Source: Oscillospiraceae bacterium
GTDB taxonomy: Bacteria > Bacillota > Clostridia > Oscillospirales > Ruminococcaceae
DNA length: 64,000 nucleotides
NCBI GenBank assembly: GCA_045600205.1
Contig: JAZRXM010000029.1
Coordinates: forward strand, 58,911-122,910
Direction of reading: 5' to 3'
The position numbers and the translations under genes are program-made. The stretch's first letter is position 1. Each line of letters opens with the position of its first letter. The notes below the pieces were generated by a model that made no database searches, was not told where the DNA came from, and was given only the letters and a program-made list of their open reading frames with translations. Below, piece by piece: positions 28,496-36,185 of the stretch.

Positions 28496-29053
28496 TCATT
28501 CGCGGCTTCCGCTGCGATATTTTTTCTTCAAACGGGTAAATCCGAGGTAATTATACGTAAAGAATACGGCATACAGTGCAAACAGAAAACCGTAAGTACC
28601 GCAGACAAAGCTCGAAAACGACACACTGCCGGAAAAAACCCTGTAGATCATCGGACCCATGCCGCAAAGAAACAGCAGCAGAATGGGCACCATTTTCCAG
28701 CGCAGAACTTTTGACATCATTTCAAGGCGGGATTCGTTATCACTGAAAATTTCGTTGCATTCGTCATTTTCATTGTTTGCTTTTCTGCGGAAATATGTGA
28801 AATCATTGACTTCACCCAGATATTCCCAGCCATAATCGCGGAACATCTGCAAATATTCTTCGCGGTCCTGGTACTCCGCTGCAAAATCCAGACGATAGAC
28901 ATATTCTTCGGGCGCACATTGTTCAAACGTGTAGCATCCGATGGAAGGGCTGACCAGTTTCCAGCCCTGCTTGTGCATTTTGATGAGGTATGCTTCCTCT
29001 TTTTCGTAATCGCAAAGTGTGAAAAACTTCCATTTTTTGATTGTATCAGCCAT
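28496..29053 (-). CDS. DUF2812-like membrane protein (PadR-associated)
   Basis: MADTIKKWKFFTLCDYEKEEAYLIKMHKQGWKLVSPSIGCYTFEQCAPEEYVYRLDF, plus two C-terminal TM helices. The start overlaps the PadR stop (ATGGCTGA). Confidence 0.75.
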   Translation of the reverse strand: MADTIKKWKFFTLCDYEKEEAYLIKMHKQGWKLVSPSIGCYTFEQCAPEEYVYRLDFAAEYQDREEYLQMFRDYGWEYLGEVNDFTYFRRKANNENDECNEIFSDNESRLEMMSKVLRWKMVPILLLFLCGMGPMIYRVFSGSVSFSSFVCGTYGFLFALYAVFFTYNYLGFTRLKKKYRSGSRE

Positions 29054-29366
29054 TTTCTTTCCCTCCGATGTTGCGGTAAAGCCGTCTGATGCGGCGGCAT
29101 TCCAGTTCCAGAATCTCTGCACCAAGCTGTGTGATGCAATACAGCTTGCGTTTTTCTTCCTCGCGTACAAATGTGATCAGCCCGTCTTTTTCCATTTTGG
29201 AAAGGGTGCCGTACATGGTGCCTGCCGATATGCTGACCTCGCCGTCGGTCATTTCCTTCACGCTTTGTCCGATGCTGTACCCGTGCATTTCATTTTGCAG
29301 ACAAAACAGAATGTAGAATCCCGTTTCGGTCATTGGAACGTAAACGCGTTTGATTTTCTCGTCCAT
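29046..29366 (-). CDS. PadR family transcriptional regulator
   Basis: MDEKIKRVYVPMTETGFYILFCLQNEMHGYSIGQSVKEMTDGEVSISAGTMYGTLSKMEKDGLI is a winged-helix PadR pattern. An AGGAGG RBS is present. Confidence 0.88.
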   Translation of the reverse strand: MDEKIKRVYVPMTETGFYILFCLQNEMHGYSIGQSVKEMTDGEVSISAGTMYGTLSKMEKDGLITFVREEEKRKLYCITQLGAEILELECRRIRRLYRNIGGKENG

Positions 29367-29387
29367 GAGTTCGCCTCCTATTGTGAT

Positions 29388-29453
29388 TCGATGTATCGCA
29401 CCTCGATGTATCGAACCTGTATACAGTATATCGCATCTCGATATATTTGTCAA
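29388..29453 (-). promoter_or_regulatory. PadR operon promoter (TTGACA-17-TATACT) with repeated TCGATGTATCG / ATATCG..CGATAT elements
   Basis: The -35 is the complement of 29448-29453 and the -10 is the complement of 29425-29430. Two exact TCGATGTATCG copies lie at 29388-29398 and 29403-29413. There is an 8-bp palindrome TGTATACA at 29418-29425, and an ATATCG-5-CGATAT dyad whose left arm (29428-29433) overlaps the -10 and whose right arm (29439-29444) lies in the spacer. Confidence 0.5.
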
Positions 29454-29590
29454 GGGGTTTTTGCAACTTTGTGCAAAAAATGTATTTTGCAATTCATTTT
29501 CGGGCTGTTGCTTGTGCAATATATCATTCGTCAGCCTGACTAAAACCTATGCATGAACCTTGTACACTCTGCCAAACGCTTCGAAAGACC

Positions 29591-29619
29591 TTGCAATTTC
29601 GCGCAAAAGATGATATAAT
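29591..29619 (+). promoter_or_regulatory. Sigma-A promoter for the uncharacterised paralog pair (TTGCAA-17-TGaTATAAT)
   Basis: TTGCAA at 29591-29596, a 17-nt spacer, and TATAAT at 29614-29619. Confidence 0.55.
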
Positions 29620-29654
29620 AAATGATATATTTTTCGAAAAGGAGAGAATACGCC

Positions 29655-30713
29655 ATGTCGCAGGGATTTGACCCCGCTGCTTTGCAGGCTGCTTACCGGC
29701 AGGTCGAAGAAGGTGACCCGCGGATGCGGGCAATTCGTCAGGCAATCGCAGAAGCAGAGCAGGCACAGGATTTTCATGCACAAATCGTATTCCACCGCGA
29801 TCTTATCAAGGAATCGGTGTTTACGGGTGACCGCTATCAGGCGTTGATAGATTTTCCACAGTATTACGCACTTTACGAAAATCATGAGGAGTTGCGGGAT
29901 ATCCACCGCTACAATGTCATCTGGACATTTAAGTGGATTCTGGAGGCGGCAACTGAATTTCCGCAGATTCCGAAAAATCAGATTGTGCAGTGGTTTTCGC
30001 AGTTTCGCAAAGAATTGCGCTGTGCAGGCTACTCGCTTCAGCCGTTTTATAACCTGCGGACGCAGTTTTACAGCTATTTCGATATGGCGCGGATGCGCAT
30101 GGACTACGAGGAATTCCTGAATGCCCCGGTTGACGATATGTCAGACGGAGAGTCGAACATTTACGATAATCGTGTGCAGTGGGAACTTCGTTTCGGACAG
30201 CGTGAAAAAGCCGAGAAATCGTTTCAATATATTCTCGACCACAATTTTCGGACCGAGGAATGCCCCGCCAAACCTTACGGATTTTTCTTACAGGAATCCA
30301 TGCGGAAACAGGAAACGGAAAATGCTGAAAAGTACGCAAAAATGTTGGTTCCGCTCTGCAACGGAAAACGATTTCGAATGGAGCAGTCAGGGCTTTTGAT
30401 GTGTTTTTATGCGCTCTATCATCCGCAGGATGGCTGGGATTATCTGCAAAAAAATGCGGATGCACGCGAAAATTCACGCAATCCGTACTTGTGTTTCTGG
30501 TTTGACCGCGGTGTTTATCTGCTCTGCAAGGCACTGGGCAAACAGGGCATGACCGTGAAGGATCAGCAGGGACGTACTTTTTTACCGCAGGAATTGCTTG
30601 ATCGTGCAGAACAGACTCGTAAATCCTGCGCGGAAATTGCCGCACAGTTTGATGCCCGCAATGAATCCACGTACTTTGCGGATGCCCTTGCCGAATATGA
30701 CAATCTGCTGTAA
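29655..30713 (+). CDS. Uncharacterised cytoplasmic protein (352 aa), short paralog of the N-terminal module of 30761-33079
   Basis: The ATG at 29655 follows AAAGGAGAG. It shares the blocks MRAIRQAIAEAEQAQDFH, IDFPQYYALYENHEE, AEKYAKMLVPL and FDARNESTYF with the next gene. Confidence 0.8.
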   Translation: MSQGFDPAALQAAYRQVEEGDPRMRAIRQAIAEAEQAQDFHAQIVFHRDLIKESVFTGDRYQALIDFPQYYALYENHEELRDIHRYNVIWTFKWILEAATEFPQIPKNQIVQWFSQFRKELRCAGYSLQPFYNLRTQFYSYFDMARMRMDYEEFLNAPVDDMSDGESNIYDNRVQWELRFGQREKAEKSFQYILDHNFRTEECPAKPYGFFLQESMRKQETENAEKYAKMLVPLCNGKRFRMEQSGLLMCFYALYHPQDGWDYLQKNADARENSRNPYLCFWFDRGVYLLCKALGKQGMTVKDQQGRTFLPQELLDRAEQTRKSCAEIAAQFDARNESTYFADALAEYDNLL

Positions 30714-30760
30714 AATCAGCGAAATTACATTATTTCTATATACCAAAGGAGATACACTCT

Positions 30761-33079
30761 ATGTTTGATGCTGAACGCTATATTTGTGAATATCAGGAAT
30801 TGGAGCATGGCACAGCCCGCCTGCGTGCAATCAAAAAAGCCATTGCCGCCGCAGATGAAGCGCAGGATGCACACTGGCGTTTCACGTTCCGTCACCGCTA
30901 TGTTCACGAGTCGATTTTTGAATCCGATGCACTGGATGCGCTGGTCGTATTTCCTGAAATGGTCGCAATTTTCGATGAAAACCCCGATACGCAGGAGGAA
31001 TACCTCAGCGATCTGATGTGGGATTTCAAGAATGTTCTCTGCAATCTGCCCAACTTTCCGCAGGTTTCTCTGGAGGAGATGGACCGATTGATGAATGATT
31101 ACGAGGAACGCTGCAAAAAGTACGGTTTTACGCAGAGAAGCGTAAAGTATCTGCGCGAGAAGCATTCCTGTGATACGGGCAGATTTCTTCCGCTTGCGGA
31201 GTACGGCAGCTACGCACAGGAAGAACCGGATGAACTGAAAGACTGCTCTGCCTGTGAGGCAAACTGGAATGTACAATGTGAGTTGTTGCGTGGAAATCGT
31301 GAGAAAGCAGAGCTGCTTAGTCAGCCGTTGTTCAACCGCGAGTTGAGTTGCGCGGAAGTTCCTGAGGAAACTTATAGTGAGTGGATCGCGTATCTGCAAA
31401 AGCAGGGCGATTATCTGACCGCCAAACGCTACGCAAAACGTCTTTATCCGATGGTACGCGGCAGAATCGAACTGCTGAACTGTTCTGCAAATCTGCTGCG
31501 ATTCTATGCGAAATTTGATCGTCATACGGGCTGCAATATTTTACGCCGCGAGATGAGTAACTTCCTTTCCTGCCGCGATTTGATGCTGAAAATGGAATTT
31601 GCAGCAGGTGCTTATCATTTGTTTGACAATATGATCGCCGAGGATATCACGTTGATTTTTCCGCGTGAATTCCCGCTGTTCGATGAAGATCACCATTATT
31701 CTGCCAAGGCATTGGCTGATTACTTCTACAACGAGGCAAAGCAGCTTGCGGAGCGGTTTGATGCCCGCAACGGCAATCGCTATTATACCGATAAGCTGAA
31801 CGAAAAATATCCTGATTTTGACGAAGATGCGGTGGATTTCATTCATGGAGATGCCCCGCAGGAAGTATCGGTACTGGGTGCGATCTGTAAGACCCTGCCC
31901 GATGCACTTTCACTGGAATCTGTCAGCCAACTGCTCAAAGCGGATGGCAGATTCCATGCGGAACTGATGCGTGCCGATCAGGAACATAATGTGCTGCAAT
32001 TCCAGATTATGGACGAAGATCTTGTGTATCAGGTGGTGCTGACCGTTCAGAACGTGCCGCCGCTCGGAGAATTCCGACCCGGGTTCCCTGTTCCCAACAC
32101 GTTGCCGGAGCAGATTCGGCAGGCAGAGGGCGTGATTTCATGCATCATGCCGTTTGAGGAGCATCAGCCTGACATTGCGCTCCATTTCCAGATGCAGTTC
32201 CTGAATCTGATTTGCCCCGATGCGCTTGCAGTCATTGATTTTACGCGCTTCAAACTGCTGCCGAACCGTTGGGTCGCAATGGCAGCGGAAAGCAGTGTGC
32301 CGCCCATTGTCGATCTGCTTTACAACATCCGATTGTTCAGCGAGCAGGATGAAAATGCTGTATGGATTGCGACAAATGGCATGGGCTGTTGCAGTATGCG
32401 CGAGTTGGAGTTCTGGGATGCTGACAAGCAGAATTATGCAAGATTCTGTGATTTGTTATGTTTTGTGGCTGAAAAATTCCTGCTGCGCGGTGAGATGCCC
32501 GATGCCGCAACGCCGTTTGAGGCGCTTCGCTTGGCGGATGGTTCTCCGCTGCTTCTGGCTTGGCTGCCTGCAGAGCAGGCACTCGCTTACTACGGCGATG
32601 ACAGTGGCGCGGCAAAACTTCGCACACAACTGATCGGTGAGGATGCCGATGAATTCAAGGGGCGTGCGGTGCTGTTTATCTATGATGGTGAAAACGCAGA
32701 TGGTTCAGCGAAATTGAAGCGTATGAATACGCTGACGGAAGAAGATTTCGAAAACTTCCGCTATGGTCAGTATATTGTGACGGGTAAAAAAATAGCGGCA
32801 CTTGCCAAGGAACGCTTCGGTATTTTCTGCAACTGTTTTGCACAGGAGCCTGAAGAAGCATACGTATGCGTCAATGTGGAGCTGGAGGATGATGAAGATG
32901 ACATCTGGATGAACGTCACGGCAATCAACGGCAGCACCATTCTCGGCAAGCTTTGTGATGATTGTCTGGTTGGCTCGGCGGGTACGGAGTACAGTGCGGA
33001 AGTATCGCAGCTTCTTGATTTCTCTGTGCATCATCATGATTTGATCGTTCAGCCCAATTCTGCATATCTTGGGGAGTAA
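30761..33079 (+). CDS. Uncharacterised 772-aa protein: N-terminal module paralogous to 29655-30713, plus a ~420-aa extension with a DUF2314-like C-terminus
   Basis: AAAGGAG RBS. N-terminal blocks are LRAIKKAIAAADEAQDAH, VVFPEMVAIFDENPD, AKRYAKRLYPM and FDARNGNRYY. The C-terminal part contains EDDEDDIWMNVTAINGSTILGKLCDDC, which resembles DUF2314 from memory. Confidence 0.8.
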   Translation: MFDAERYICEYQELEHGTARLRAIKKAIAAADEAQDAHWRFTFRHRYVHESIFESDALDALVVFPEMVAIFDENPDTQEEYLSDLMWDFKNVLCNLPNFPQVSLEEMDRLMNDYEERCKKYGFTQRSVKYLREKHSCDTGRFLPLAEYGSYAQEEPDELKDCSACEANWNVQCELLRGNREKAELLSQPLFNRELSCAEVPEETYSEWIAYLQKQGDYLTAKRYAKRLYPMVRGRIELLNCSANLLRFYAKFDRHTGCNILRREMSNFLSCRDLMLKMEFAAGAYHLFDNMIAEDITLIFPREFPLFDEDHHYSAKALADYFYNEAKQLAERFDARNGNRYYTDKLNEKYPDFDEDAVDFIHGDAPQEVSVLGAICKTLPDALSLESVSQLLKADGRFHAELMRADQEHNVLQFQIMDEDLVYQVVLTVQNVPPLGEFRPGFPVPNTLPEQIRQAEGVISCIMPFEEHQPDIALHFQMQFLNLICPDALAVIDFTRFKLLPNRWVAMAAESSVPPIVDLLYNIRLFSEQDENAVWIATNGMGCCSMRELEFWDADKQNYARFCDLLCFVAEKFLLRGEMPDAATPFEALRLADGSPLLLAWLPAEQALAYYGDDSGAAKLRTQLIGEDADEFKGRAVLFIYDGENADGSAKLKRMNTLTEEDFENFRYGQYIVTGKKIAALAKERFGIFCNCFAQEPEEAYVCVNVELEDDEDDIWMNVTAINGSTILGKLCDDCLVGSAGTEYSAEVSQLLDFSVHHHDLIVQPNSAYLGE

Positions 33080-33083
33080 GAAA

Positions 33084-33184
33084 GGTATCTCCGATGGATG
33101 GATCATGGGATTTCGTCCCCCCACCAGAGGGAATGATTCCCTTTGGCGGGGAGGCAAAGCCCTATTTAATCCATCGGAGATACC
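33084..33184. repeat. 101-nt compound inverted repeat (16-bp perfect outer stem) between convergent genes; probable bidirectional terminator overlapping the MerR stop codon
   Basis: GGTATCTCCGATGGAT (33084-33099) pairs perfectly with ATCCATCGGAGATACC (33169-33184). Inner AGGGA/TCCCT and CCCC.CCA/TGG.GGGG pairs are present. A T-run follows on the plus strand and a T-rich stretch follows on the minus strand. Confidence 0.5.
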
Positions 33185-33900
33185 AATTTTTTGATTGCTT
33201 TTGCTGCAAAATCAGCGGTACCCGCACCGCCTTTCGCGTCAATATTATTTTTCATTTCGCCCTCTGCCGCATACATTTGACCAAGTCCTGCGAGAATTTC
33301 GTCCGTGCAGGTGTAAAAATGCTCTGTGATATACGCTTGCAGCCTGCGGACAAGTGCCTGTGCCGGAGCGCTATCGGGGGGTGTGCCTTTGATTTTTCCG
33401 AATTCTGTGAAAATTTCCATCAGCCCTTCTCCGTATGCCTGCATGGTTTCAGCGGATTTCCCCGCGCTTTTTTGCTCGTATTCCTGATAAGCGGGTGTAC
33501 CGCCCCATTTTGCCTTTGCTTCCTCTGCGTAGGCTTCCAGCTTTGATTTGTCGAATGCCTGAAAATTCATGTGATTCCCTCCGTTTTGTTGTAATGTGCG
33601 GGCAAGTGCCAGCAGCTTTTCCAGACGCTCCCGCTGCATGGTCAGGAGCGTGATTTGTGTTTCCAATGCCGCCTGCATATCAAATTGCGGCGCGTCCAGC
33701 ATGGTTTTGATGTCTTTCAGCGGAAATTCCAGTTCCCGAAACAGTAAAATGCTCTGCAAGCGTGCAAGCGCAGCATCGTCGTAGAGCCGATAGCCTGCTG
33801 CTGTGACCGTAGTCGGTTTCAGCAGTCCGATTGCATCGTAGTGATGCAATGTGCGCACGCTGACGCCTGAAATTTCGCTGACTTCCTTGACGGTTTTCAT
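33166..33900 (-). CDS. MerR family transcriptional regulator with a TipAS-like C-terminal domain
   Basis: MKTVKEVSEISGVSVRTLHHYDAIGLLKPTTVTAAGYRLYDDAALARLQSILLFRELEFPLKDIK, with a C-terminal region typical of TipAS/Mta-type regulators. An AGGAGG RBS is present. Confidence 0.88.
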   Translation of the reverse strand: MKTVKEVSEISGVSVRTLHHYDAIGLLKPTTVTAAGYRLYDDAALARLQSILLFRELEFPLKDIKTMLDAPQFDMQAALETQITLLTMQRERLEKLLALARTLQQNGGNHMNFQAFDKSKLEAYAEEAKAKWGGTPAYQEYEQKSAGKSAETMQAYGEGLMEIFTEFGKIKGTPPDSAPAQALVRRLQAYITEHFYTCTDEILAGLGQMYAAEGEMKNNIDAKGGAGTADFAAKAIKKLVSPMD

Positions 33901-33926
33901 CTTGCCGCCTCCTTTCGTCTGCATAT

Positions 33927-33957
33927 ATCATACACCATGACGTAACGTGAGGGTCAA
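33927..33957 (-). promoter_or_regulatory. MerR-type promoter with a 19-bp spacer (TTGACC-19-TATGAT) containing an imperfect dyad
   Basis: The minus strand reads TTGACCctcacgttacgtcatggtgTATGAT. The spacer contains an imperfect dyad with TCACGT and ACGTCA arms. Confidence 0.5.
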
Positions 33958-33977
33958 GCAATTTTGCAAAATTTGTA

Positions 33978-34014
33978 GAAAAAAGCAGCACCCGATGTAT
34001 TTTCGGATGCTGCT
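33978..34014 (-). terminator. Intrinsic terminator after ilvE
   Basis: On the minus strand, the stem AGCAGCATCCGA / TCGGGTGCTGCT (one mismatch) is followed by TTTTTTC. Confidence 0.65.
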
Positions 34015-34035
34015 TTGTGCTGTTTGCTGTTTGAA

Positions 34036-35103
34036 TTATTCCACAGGAACGACCCAGTTGAAGGTATCGGGAACAGTGCCCCACTGAATACCGGTCATGG
34101 TGTCGTAGATCTTCTGGGAGATCGGACCGATCTTGTTGTTGTTGATGGTCATGATCTTATCGCCCCACTTGAGGTGACCGACAGGCGAGATGACCGCAGC
34201 AGTACCGGTGCCGAATACTTCGTCCAGCTTGCCTGCGTCGTAAGCGTCAGCGATTTCCTGAATGGAGATTCTGCGCTCGGATACTTTCATGCCCCAGCTC
34301 TTGCAGAGTTCGAGCACGGATTTTCTGGTGATGCCGGGGAGGATAGAGCCCTGGAGAGCAGGGGTAACGACCTCGCCGTCAATGACGAACATGATGTTCA
34401 TTGCACCGACTTCCTCGATGTACTTCTGCTCAACGCCGTCGAGCCAGAGAACCTGAGAATAGCCTTCTTTGTGTGCCTCATCCTGACCGATCAGGGAAGC
34501 AGCGTAGTTGCCGCCTGTTTTGGTGAAGCCCATACCGCCGCGGACCGCACGGACGTACTTGGATTCCACGTAGATCTTGACAGGATCCAGACCGGAAGCG
34601 TAGTATGCGCCGGAGGGCGAGAGGATGATAATGAACTGATACTCATCGCCGGGACGGACACCGAGGAACGGGTCAACAGCGATGATGAACGGACGGATGT
34701 AGAGGGAAGCACCGTCAGCGGAAGGAACCCAGTCCTTCTCGATCTTCAGCAGTTCCATCAGACCTTCCATAGCCATTTCTTCGGGCAGCTCCGGAATAAC
34801 CAGACGCTGGTTGGAACTGTTCAGACGCTTGAAGTTCTCCATCGGACGGAACAGCTGGATGCCGCCGTCAGCACGGCGATAAGCCTTCATGCCCTCGAAC
34901 ACTTCCTGACCGTAGTGCAGGCAGAGAGCAGCAGGGCTCAAAGAAAGGTTGCCGTAGGGAACGATGCGGGCATCATGCCAGCCCTTGCCCGTGGTGTAGT
35001 CCATGATGAACATATAGTCGGTGAAAACGTGACCAAAGCCGAGTTTGGTTTCGTCAGCCGGCTTCTGTTTGAGGACAGATGCTTTTTCAAAACGAATATC
35101 CAT
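34036..35103 (-). CDS. ilvE: Branched-chain amino acid aminotransferase
   Basis: A 355-aa ORF with [41 protein letters not shown] and [11 protein letters not shown]. Confidence 0.95.
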   Translation of the reverse strand: MDIRFEKASVLKQKPADETKLGFGHVFTDYMFIMDYTTGKGWHDARIVPYGNLSLSPAALCLHYGQEVFEGMKAYRRADGGIQLFRPMENFKRLNSSNQRLVIPELPEEMAMEGLMELLKIEKDWVPSADGASLYIRPFIIAVDPFLGVRPGDEYQFIIILSPSGAYYASGLDPVKIYVESKYVRAVRGGMGFTKTGGNYAASLIGQDEAHKEGYSQVLWLDGVEQKYIEEVGAMNIMFVIDGEVVTPALQGSILPGITRKSVLELCKSWGMKVSERRISIQEIADAYDAGKLDEVFGTGTAAVISPVGHLKWGDKIMTINNNKIGPISQKIYDTMTGIQWGTVPDTFNWVVPVE

Positions 35104-35172
35104 TTTGCGAGTTCCTCTTTTCTGAAAAATAGGTTTTTGAAATCGATTTATATGTCAGCCGAAACAGAAATT

Positions 35173-35301
35173 TCAGCAGGCACGTCCTGGGAGATAGCGG
35201 GGCACGTACTTCGTGCGGTAGAGGTCAAGCGCGTAGGAAATGGAAATAACCGCACTGACAGCGATGATGAGCAGCAGTGTAACTTGCATCAGTTTTTTCA
35301 T
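35173..35301 (-). CDS. Candidate 42-aa hydrophobic small ORF upstream of ilvE (below the ORF-track cutoff)
   Basis: The ATG (complement of 35299-35301) lies 10 nt after AAAGGAG. The translation is MKKLMQVTLLLIIAVSAVISISYALDLYRTKYVPRYLPGRAC. A possible promoter TTTTCA-17-TGcTATAAT is at the complement of 35354-35382. Confidence 0.35.
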   Translation of the reverse strand: MKKLMQVTLLLIIAVSAVISISYALDLYRTKYVPRYLPGRAC

Positions 35302-35419
35302 AGGAATGCAGCTCCTTTCGAATGTACGTTGCGAAAAATGGGTTTACAAAATTATTATAGCACAAGTTTTCGCAAATGAAAAGCCCCTTTTTGCAATTTT
35401 GTGAAATTTTTCTGTGAAA

Positions 35420-36094
35420 TCAGTAGCCGAGGTTTTCAGCCACGAGGATCACATGGATGCGGTTGCGAATGCGCTGTGCGCCTGAAACGACGTAGTTGCA
35501 GCAAATTCTGTCATCGTTGTGGCAGCCTGCCGCCATATCGCCGTTGCAGCCTGCGCAGCTTCCGATGCGGGTGCAGGGTGTTTCCTGAGAAAGTCTTGCA
35601 GCGTTGACGGGTGCGGCAATGCGCTTGACGCGGTCAATGGCGGCGGCAAGATTCGGCACGATCTTGTTGGCACCTGCCACGATAATGACCTCTTTCGGAC
35701 CGTAAACGAGAGCTGCAACGCGGTTACTGTTGCCGTCTACGTTATATAGCTCGCCGTTTTCGGTGATGGCATTGCTGCTGCAAAGGTAGAAATCTGCGGA
35801 AAATGCCTTGCGGTAGATATCATTTCTCTGCTCTGCGGGGACTGCTTCGCGGTCAAGGAACTGATAATCGCCTGAACGCAGCAAGTCCATGACGCCGCAT
35901 TCCTGAAGGGTCATCGAGCCGCCCGTTGCGCAAACGGCATCTTTGGTGAGCATGGATCTGACCAATTCCAGTGCTTCTTCGCGGGTTTTGACCCAGTGCG
36001 CGTCCATACGGTTGATGCAGAGCGCATCGGCGGTACGCTCCAGACGGGCGTAGAGAGAATTCATAACGGGTTCGTGTACGGAATAAACAGACAT
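35420..36094 (-). CDS. LUD-domain (lactate-utilisation LutC/YkgG-like, DUF162) protein with a Cys-rich C-terminus
   Basis: MSVYSVHEPVMNSLYARLE..., GGSMTLQECG, SSNAITENGELYNVDGNSNRVAALVYGP, and the Cys cluster CTRIGSCAGCNGDMAAGCHNDDRICCNY. Confidence 0.75.
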   Translation of the reverse strand: MSVYSVHEPVMNSLYARLERTADALCINRMDAHWVKTREEALELVRSMLTKDAVCATGGSMTLQECGVMDLLRSGDYQFLDREAVPAEQRNDIYRKAFSADFYLCSSNAITENGELYNVDGNSNRVAALVYGPKEVIIVAGANKIVPNLAAAIDRVKRIAAPVNAARLSQETPCTRIGSCAGCNGDMAAGCHNDDRICCNYVVSGAQRIRNRIHVILVAENLGY

Positions 36095-36185
36095 TTCAGA
36101 TTCATCCTTTCGAATTGAGTTGTAGTTGTGGTCGGTATACGCGCAGGGCACCCTCGCGGAATCGGAGAGTGCCCTGTTTCGTTGT

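Noticed and set aside
34015-35379. A 454-aa plus-strand ORF.
   Set aside because: It lies antisense to ilvE and the small-ORF region. The opposite strand has the conserved aminotransferase blocks.
36095-36185. A hairpin CAGGGCAC...GTGCCCTG between two minus-strand genes, considered as a terminator.
   Set aside because: The T-rich tract follows the hairpin only on the plus strand, where no gene ends. On the coding (minus) strand it lacks a U-tract. It is at best an RNA processing or stability element and is not supportable as a terminator.
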